Shown one piece after another: positions 56,461 through 64,000 of a stretch of 64,000 nt of DNA. Numbering within the stretch: position 1 is the first letter of the stretch; each line of letters starts with the position of its first letter. Source of the DNA: Macrostomum lignano (taxonomy: Eukaryota); the NCBI GenBank assembly GCA_002269645.1, contig NIVC01001183.1, positions 200,223-264,222 on the forward strand, given 5' to 3'. Position numbers and translations under genes: made by a program. A model generated the notes under the pieces. That model saw nothing but the letters and a program-made list of their open reading frames with translations. It made no database searches and was not told the DNA's origin.

Positions 56461-56951
56461 TCGCTCTACTTCCGTCGCACTTGTTCTAAATCTGTCTTAA
56501 TAATCCCGCCCGTTTTTGTCGCATGAATGCAAATAAAATGCCGCTATCCTGCCCCTCTTATCTCTATCGCATCAGCCCTACATATTGGCGTCATAGCCCA
56601 TAGCTTTAGATTAAAGTTGTTCATTTTTTGTGCTTGTCTCTCCTCCTTATCAAAAATTTTTTAATATGTTGCTGGTTCAGTGTAAAGTTGCCAGGTCAGT
56701 TAGGGCAGTATCTGTGAGCCAGGGTAACCTGAAAATGTGCTCACACATTAATTTATACAACAGGAAATAATACTTATAACCATATTTGTCACATGAAACT
56801 GTTAGCAATTTGCAGTTCTTTATAAATTTCTCTAAGCTCAGCCACTTTTTATTCAAAACTCGATGCGCACTTCAGCTTAACTAATTCGAGTACATCAAAT
56901 AGGTGTATCTAGCAAATACGCCAGGTGCAATTCTATATAGTGCGCGTATTG

Positions 56952-57002
<51 letters not shown>

Positions 57003-57297
57003 GTGTCTAAAAAAGGCTATGGCTAGTTATCTATTCGCACTGACAGTCTGCACTACGGGACCACCCACTTTTCTAGTTTGTAATAAGTAAAGCTGTTTTC
57101 TTATAATTTCACACACTTTGCAAGCCCTTATGTGCCAGCTCCAGCTGGTGCTTGTGTTTCACTGTGCGGCCTTCCCCCCCCCCCGCATACCGTGCTGAAG
57201 CTGTTAAATCTAATTACTAATTCCTATTTTAATCAACTCGTATTTTCGGGTTGCTTTTGCTTCATTACTTTTGTGTTGGCCAGTTGCTGCCTTGCTT

Positions 57298-58383
57298 CTG
57301 CGATCCTTCAGTGCCCGCTGCTGCCCTCCCTCCGATCCTTCAGTGCCCGCTGCTGCCCTCCCTCCGATCCTTCAGTGCCCGCTGCTGCCCTCCCTCCGAT
57401 CCTTCAGTGCCCGCTGCTGCCCTCCCTCCGATCCTTCAGTGCCCGCTGCTGCCCTCCCTCCGATCCTTCAGTGCCCGCTGCTGCCCTCCCTCCGATCCTT
57501 CAGTGCCCGCTGCTGCCCTCCCTCCGATCCTTCAGTTCCTCTGCTGCCCTCCCTCCGATCCTTCAGTTCCTCTGCTGCCTTCCCTCCGATCCTTCAGTGC
57601 CCGCTGCTGCCCTCCCTCCGATCCTTCAGTGCCCGCTGCTGCCCTCCCTCCGATCCTTCAGTGCCCGCTGCTGCCCTCCCTCCGATCCTTCAGTGCCCGC
57701 TGCTGCCCTCCCTCCGATCCTTCAGTTCCTCTGCTGCCCTCCCTCCGATCCTTCAGTTCCTCTGCTGCCTTCCCTCCGATCCTTCAGTGCCCGCTGCTGC
57801 CCTCCCTCCGATCCTTCAGTGCCCGCTGCTGCCCTCCCTCCGATCCTTCAGTGCCCGCTGCTGCCCTCCCTCCGATCCTTCAGTGCCCGCTGCTGCCCTC
57901 CCTCCGATCCTTCAGTGCCCGCTGCTGCCCTCCCTCCGATCCTTCAGTGCCCGCTGCTGCCCTCCCTCCGATCCTTCAGTGCCCGCTGCTGCCCTCCCTC
58001 CGATCCTTCAGTTCCTCTGCTGCCCTCCCTCCGATCCTTCAGTTCCTCTGCTGCCTTCCCTCCGATCCTTCAGTGCCCGCTGCTGCCCTCCCTCCGATCC
58101 TTCAGTGCCCGCTGCTGCCCTCCCTCCGATCCTTCAGTGCCCGCTGCTGCCCTCCCTCCGATCCTTCATTTCCTCTGCTGCCCTCCCTCCGATCCTTCAG
58201 TGCCCGCTGCTGCCCTCCCTCCGATCCTTCAGTTCCTCTGTTGCCCTCCCTCCGATCCTTCAGTGCCCGCTGCTGCCCTCCCTCCGATCCTTCAGTTCCT
58301 CTGTTGCCCTTCCTCCGATCCTTCAGTGCCCGCTGCTGCCCTCCCTCCGATCCTTCAGTTCCTCTGCTGCTGCTGCCCTCCCT
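57298..58383. repeat. 31/32-bp minisatellite (~35 units)
   Basis: Unit GATCCTTCAGTGCCCGCTGCTGCCCTCCCTCC; it explains three long spurious ORFs. Confidence 0.97.
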
Positions 58384-58725
58384 CTGAAAAATATTCTTTT
58401 CAATCCCAGCTAAATTTTCTTTTTCCATAAAAAACAGCCCATGCTTCTCGGTCCCACAAAATCTGTTTATAACACGCCATTATTGTGTGAGCGCTTTGAA
58501 ATTTGAGCTGAATAAATCTCCTATCCTTTTTACAACCTGCCTGTCTTGATAATCCGTCTGCGCTCTGCATTTTCACTTTCCACAAAAAACAAAATGCCGC
58601 CCTTTGGGTGTCTCAAATTCTTCGAAATCTTTGAAGTTAGATTGACAGATAGACACTCGTGCGGACAGACCAGGTGAGATAAAGTATAATATATATATTT
58701 ATATAAGTATATCCAGAAAGACAGA

Positions 58726-59133
<408 letters not shown>

Positions 59134-60603
59134 GCTAATTTAAACTTGATAGCATTAGATCAGTGCCGGTTCAGTTTTCAGTGAGAGCATTGGTTGGTAG
59201 CTAATTGTCTCTCGCCCAGCAGGATTTGTTTGCCAGCTTCCAATTTATTTTTCTGGTGCCCTAATTTTCTTTGTTGCTGGCTCTTTAATTCCTGTGCACT
59301 CGCCTGCGGTTCGTCGCTCGTCACTCCTATGGCCTGGGCTCTTATCCGACACTTCCCCATTACTCTATTTTTCCTCATCTCTTCCTCCATGTCTGTGTCA
59401 GATTGGTGACCAACTCTTCTCCATCCTCTCCCCTCTTATGCTTTTTTGCTTCTCCCTCTGTCTGTGCTTCCTCTTTTTCATTGCCACCGCCGTCTTCTCT
59501 TCCCAGTTCCCTAATCCCTCGTTCCTTCACCGACCGACCGACACCCCCGTACTGGCTGCTTTCCGCTTTTGCTCTTCCACCTCTGCCCCCCCCCCGGCCC
59601 GCCCCCAATAGAGCATCTCCCTCTCCTACTCTCTTTAACTAGGAAATGGGGAGAGTAAGGATTGGCCTGACCGATAGAAACACTATGAAAACCGAGTCTG
59701 AGGAGTGTTTAGTTGATAGAGAGAAGCTTTGCCCGGGACTACCTCTCCCCATCTGCAGCCCCCCCCCTAACCAACCCCACCCCGGCATGATTGCTTTCTG
59801 CTTTCTATACTCCGTCTTCTTCTTGCTTCTCCCCTCCTTTTCCCCGACTGAGCCGCTTGGGATGGAGGTGAAGGGCAGATGATAGGGATTTGTGGCGGCT
59901 TGGCTGGGGCCATTCAGAGGCAACCGTTGGCTAAAAAAAACTTGCGAGCGAAGCAGAGGGAGAGGGTGAGAGCGAGTTGAGGTTAGGGTTGGATGTGAGG
60001 AGGAGATCTTTTCTCCTCCCGAGCCCGTGTTCCTCGCCTCCCTCTGGCTGGCCAAGCATCTCCCTGTCTGGGGCTTCACCCATAGTATTATTGATCGGTG
60101 CTATGATTTCTTTCTATTCTCTTTCTCTCCTCACTGGAGCCCCCACTTTTTTGGCTCTCTATCCCTCCGCGGCGCCGAGAGAGGGGTGGACAGGGGTGGC
60201 ATTGGGAGATCGCAAATTCCCTTATTATGCTGCTTATTTTATTCAGAATAGTTCCGGCGCTTGGCAGAGAGAGACGGGGTGCGGGAGGGGAGGCGAGGGT
60301 CGCGGCGTCGCTCCACTGGTTGGGCTCACTCTGGCAGCAGACACTCGCACCGTTTCGATAGTTGGGTTGGGGGGGAGTGATTGGTGTGGCTGTGCTGGTT
60401 AGCCATGCATTATCCCCATGCGTGCGTGTTTCTTCCCTGCCCTTCTCACTCACTCTCAACTAAGCCCATTTTGCCGCCAGCCAACCTCTCAAATAACTCG
60501 ATAGTTACTTATTAGTGGCCTGCCGCATTCGGTCTCCAGTGTTGACTGACAGACTGACAGGCTGGCACTAAGATAGTGACATAAGACACCAAGACACACA
60601 GAC

Positions 60604-60634
<31 letters not shown>

Positions 60635-60635
60635 T

Positions 60636-60703
<68 letters not shown>

Positions 60704-60712
60704 GTAGATAGG

Positions 60713-60803
<91 letters not shown>

Positions 60804-60812
60804 GTAGATAGG

Positions 60813-60891
<79 letters not shown>

Positions 60892-60912
60892 GTAGATATA
60901 TATATAATATAT

Positions 60913-60968
<56 letters not shown>

Positions 60969-61010
60969 GTAGATATAGATAGGTAGGTAGATAGGTAGAT
61001 GTGTAGATAG
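60604..61010. repeat. (GATA)n microsatellite
   Basis: Direct reading. Confidence 0.97.
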
Positions 61011-61479
61011 ACTACAGACTGACTGATTGATAGGCAGACACTAGGGCAGACTGTCATACGGGTACTCACTCCCAGCGGATCCATAAAATGGGGTGTTTGA
61101 AAAATCGATTTTTTAAACTACTTTCGATTTCTCACGTTTTCTCTTGGGAAGCAAAATTTCTACTTTTATTTTTAATGATTTTCACTTTCAGTATTCTTGC
61201 ACTAGAACAGTTTTTGAGTAGCAAACTGGGCTTTGAAATCCTCTCTCCAAGGCTAAACAAAATATTTTAAGTAAAATCAATTTGCTCAAGTCTCTGTTCT
61301 GAAACTGTTTGTTTAGGCTATAAGTAATTGTTTGTGGCCGCCTCGCGGCTGACTCTTTACAACCTTTTGAGCTAGCCACTCGGAGATCAGGTTAATAGTG
61401 TGTAAAAATGTGTAAAAAACGGCAATTCGACAGACCAAGAACTAGGTTTCACATTAGAATTCCGATAAGTAAGTTAGTG

Positions 61480-63371
61480 ATGCTTGAGTAGATTAGCAAT
61501 CCATACTATTCCTTATAGTGTTTTAATGGATTAGCAATCCATACTATTCCTTTGGTGTTTTGACTAGATTAGCAATCCATACTATTCCTTTGGTGTTTTG
61601 ACTAGATTAGCAATCCATACTATTCATTATAGTGTTTTGATTAGATTAGCAATCCATACAATTCATTATAGTGTTTTGACTAGCTTAGCAATCCATACTA
61701 TTCATTATAGTGTTTTGACTAGATTAGCAATTCATACTATTCATTATAGTGTTTTGACTAGATTAGCAATCCATACAATTCATTATAGTGTTTTGACTAG
61801 ATTAGCAATCCATACTATTCATTATAGTGTTTTGACTAGATTAGCAATCCATACAATTCATTATAGTGTTTTGACTAGATTAGCAATCCATACTATTCAT
61901 TATAGTGTTTTGACTAGATTAGCAATTCATACTATTCATTATAGTGTTTTGACTAGATTAGCAATCCATACTATTCATTATAGTGTTTTGACTAGATTAG
62001 CAATCCATACTATTCATTATAGTGTTTTGATTAGATTAGCAATCCATACTATTCATTATAGTGTTTTGACTAGATTAGCAATTCATACTATTCATTATAG
62101 TGTTTTGACTAGATTAGCAATTCATACTATTCATTATAGTGTTTTGACTAGATTAGCAATTCATACTATTCATTATAGTGTTTTGACTAGATTAGCAATC
62201 CATACAATTCATTATAGTGTTTTGACTAGATTAGCAATCCATACTATTCATTATAGTGTTTTGATTAGATTAGCAATCCATACTATTCATTATAGTGTTT
62301 TGACTAGATTAGCAATTCATACAATTCATTATAGTGTTTTGACTAGATTAGCAATCCATACTATTCATTATAGTGTTTTGACTAATTAGCAATTCATACA
62401 ATTCATTATAGTGTTTTGACTAGATTATCAATCCATACTATTCATTATAGTGTTTTGACTAGATTAGCAATTCATACAATTCATTATAGTGTTTTGACTA
62501 GATTAGCAATTCATACTATTCATTATAGTGTTTTGACTAGATTAGCAATCCATACTATTCATTATAGTGTTTTGACTAGATTAGCAATCCATACTATTCA
62601 TTATAGTGTTTTGACTAGATTAGCAATTCATACAATTCATTATAGTGTTTTGACTAGATTAGCAATCCATACAATTCATTATAGTGTTTTGACTAGCTTA
62701 GCAATCCATACTATTCATTATAGTGTTTTGACTAGATTAGCAATTCATACTATTCATTATAGTGTTTTGACTAGCTTAGCAATCCATACTATTCATTATA
62801 GTGTTTTGACTAGATTAGCAATTCATACTATTCATTATAGTGTTTTGACTAGATTAGCAATTCATACTATTCATTATAGTGTTTTGACTAGATTAGCAAT
62901 TCATACTATTCCTTATATGTTTTGACTAGATTAGCAATCCATACTATTCATTATAGTGTTTTGACTAGATTAGCAATTCATACTATTCATTATAGTGTTT
63001 TGACTAGATTAGCAATTCATACTATTCCTTATAGTGTTTTGACTAGATTAGCAATTCATACTATTCATTATAGTGTTTTGACTAGATTAGCAATCCATAC
63101 AATTCATTATAGTGTTTTGATTAGATTAGCAATTCATACTATTCATTATAGTGTTTTGATTAGATTAGCAATTCATACTATTCATTATAGTGTTTTGACT
63201 AGATTAGCAATCCATACTATTCATTATAGTGTTTTGACTAGATTAGCAATCCATACTATTCATTATAGTGTTTTGACTAGATTAGCAATCCATACTATTC
63301 ATTATAGTGTTTTGACTAGATTAGCAATCCATACAATTCATTATAGTGTTTTGACTAGATTAGCAATCCAT
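61480..63371. repeat. 39-bp minisatellite (~48 units)
   Basis: Unit ACTAGATTAGCAAT(C/T)CATAC(T/A)ATTCATTATAGTGTTTTG; it explains the TRLAIHTIHYSVL ORFs. Confidence 0.97.
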
Positions 63372-63518
63372 CCTAAGTTTTATCCAGTCAGCCTCGCCTT
63401 TTCCAAGTGCAGCAGCCTTATTGGCGCATCCAAATTTTGTTTTAATTTACTGATTTGAGCCCCCGCAGGCGCATTCGTTGCGCCATTAATAAGGAGATAT
63501 TTTTTCTGCATCCTGTAG

Positions 63519-64000
63519 TCTGCAACATCTTCTTAAATTGAAAGAAGATTTGTTTCAACAGCGACAGCAGACATGGATAATGGCGGACCGCTATCGAACG
63601 GCCAATTCCAATGGTCCGCTGTCAAACGGTCCCCTGTCCAACATGTCCGCCCAGCACTCGGACAGCGGATCCAGTCGGTCGACTGTTCGCAAACTTGAAG
63701 ACTGGCAGTTGCCAAGCGTGCTGTATTTTCTAGTTTATCATAAGCGCAGATTTCGATTCGCCAAGGTCAGACTGACGGATCTGGAACGGGTGCTGGACAG
63801 CGCCGATACCAGTGCCGTTCGCGACATCCTGGCTAGAATGCTTCGCGTCATGCGCAGCGGCGATCCCAACGTTACCATGGCCAATGCGGAGCGCCAGCTG
63901 GCTCTGTACTTCCAGGAGAAGCGGCCGCATATTGCGAAACTGTTGGGCGCTAATAAGCTGGACGATCTCAGCTTTGAGTCTAAGGCTCGGCTGCTTAAGA
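63519..64000 (+). CDS. Coding exon of an unidentified gene, open to the window end
   Basis: Acceptor TTTTTTCTGCATCCTGTAG, then an uninterrupted frame LQHLLKLKEDLFQQRQQTWIMADRYRTANSNGPL...VRLTDLERVLDSADTSAVRDILARMLRVMRSGDPNV...KARLLK with GC-rich third codon positions like the other exons. It is absent from the ORF track because it has no stop. Confidence 0.75.

Noticed and set aside
57132-58430. Three 378-432-aa Cys/Pro-rich ORFs
   Set aside because: The 31/32-bp repeat lacks stops in all three + frames and cycles through them, so these are compositional artefacts.
61598-63458. TRLAIHTIHYSVL-repeat proteins
   Set aside because: This is a 39-bp array with TTG starts, frame breaks and no flanking coding context.

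Overview
Eukaryotic (animal) genomic DNA with spliced genes and no prokaryotic systems. GC-rich exons, AT-rich introns and an unusually high load of unrelated minisatellites suggest a Macrostomum-like flatworm genome (inference). Three genes are recognisable. (1) A complete 14-exon MYCBPAP-like gene (14018-25950, +). (2) A 6-exon NPAT/Mxc-like histone-locus-body scaffold gene (28919-35361, +) with an N-terminal LisH-type motif, an NPAT-type C-terminal motif, an extra C2H2 finger and an apparent 1-nt frameshift. (3) An hnRNP A/B-family gene (40344-37826, -) whose last intron is filled by a 24-bp minisatellite. Several orphan spliced genes are supported only by splice-phase consistency. Mobile elements include a decayed RTE-type LINE, two tRNA/CORE-like SINEs, three hAT MITEs, two foldback/MULE-like elements with 9-bp TSDs and three copies of a composite nested MITE. 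More than 20 distinct tandem arrays are present, many abutting splice sites; one carries about 18 copies of a 15-nt exact match to the T7 promoter core. Most long ORFs in the supplied track are translations of these repeats. All gene models were built by hand, without alignments or RNA data.
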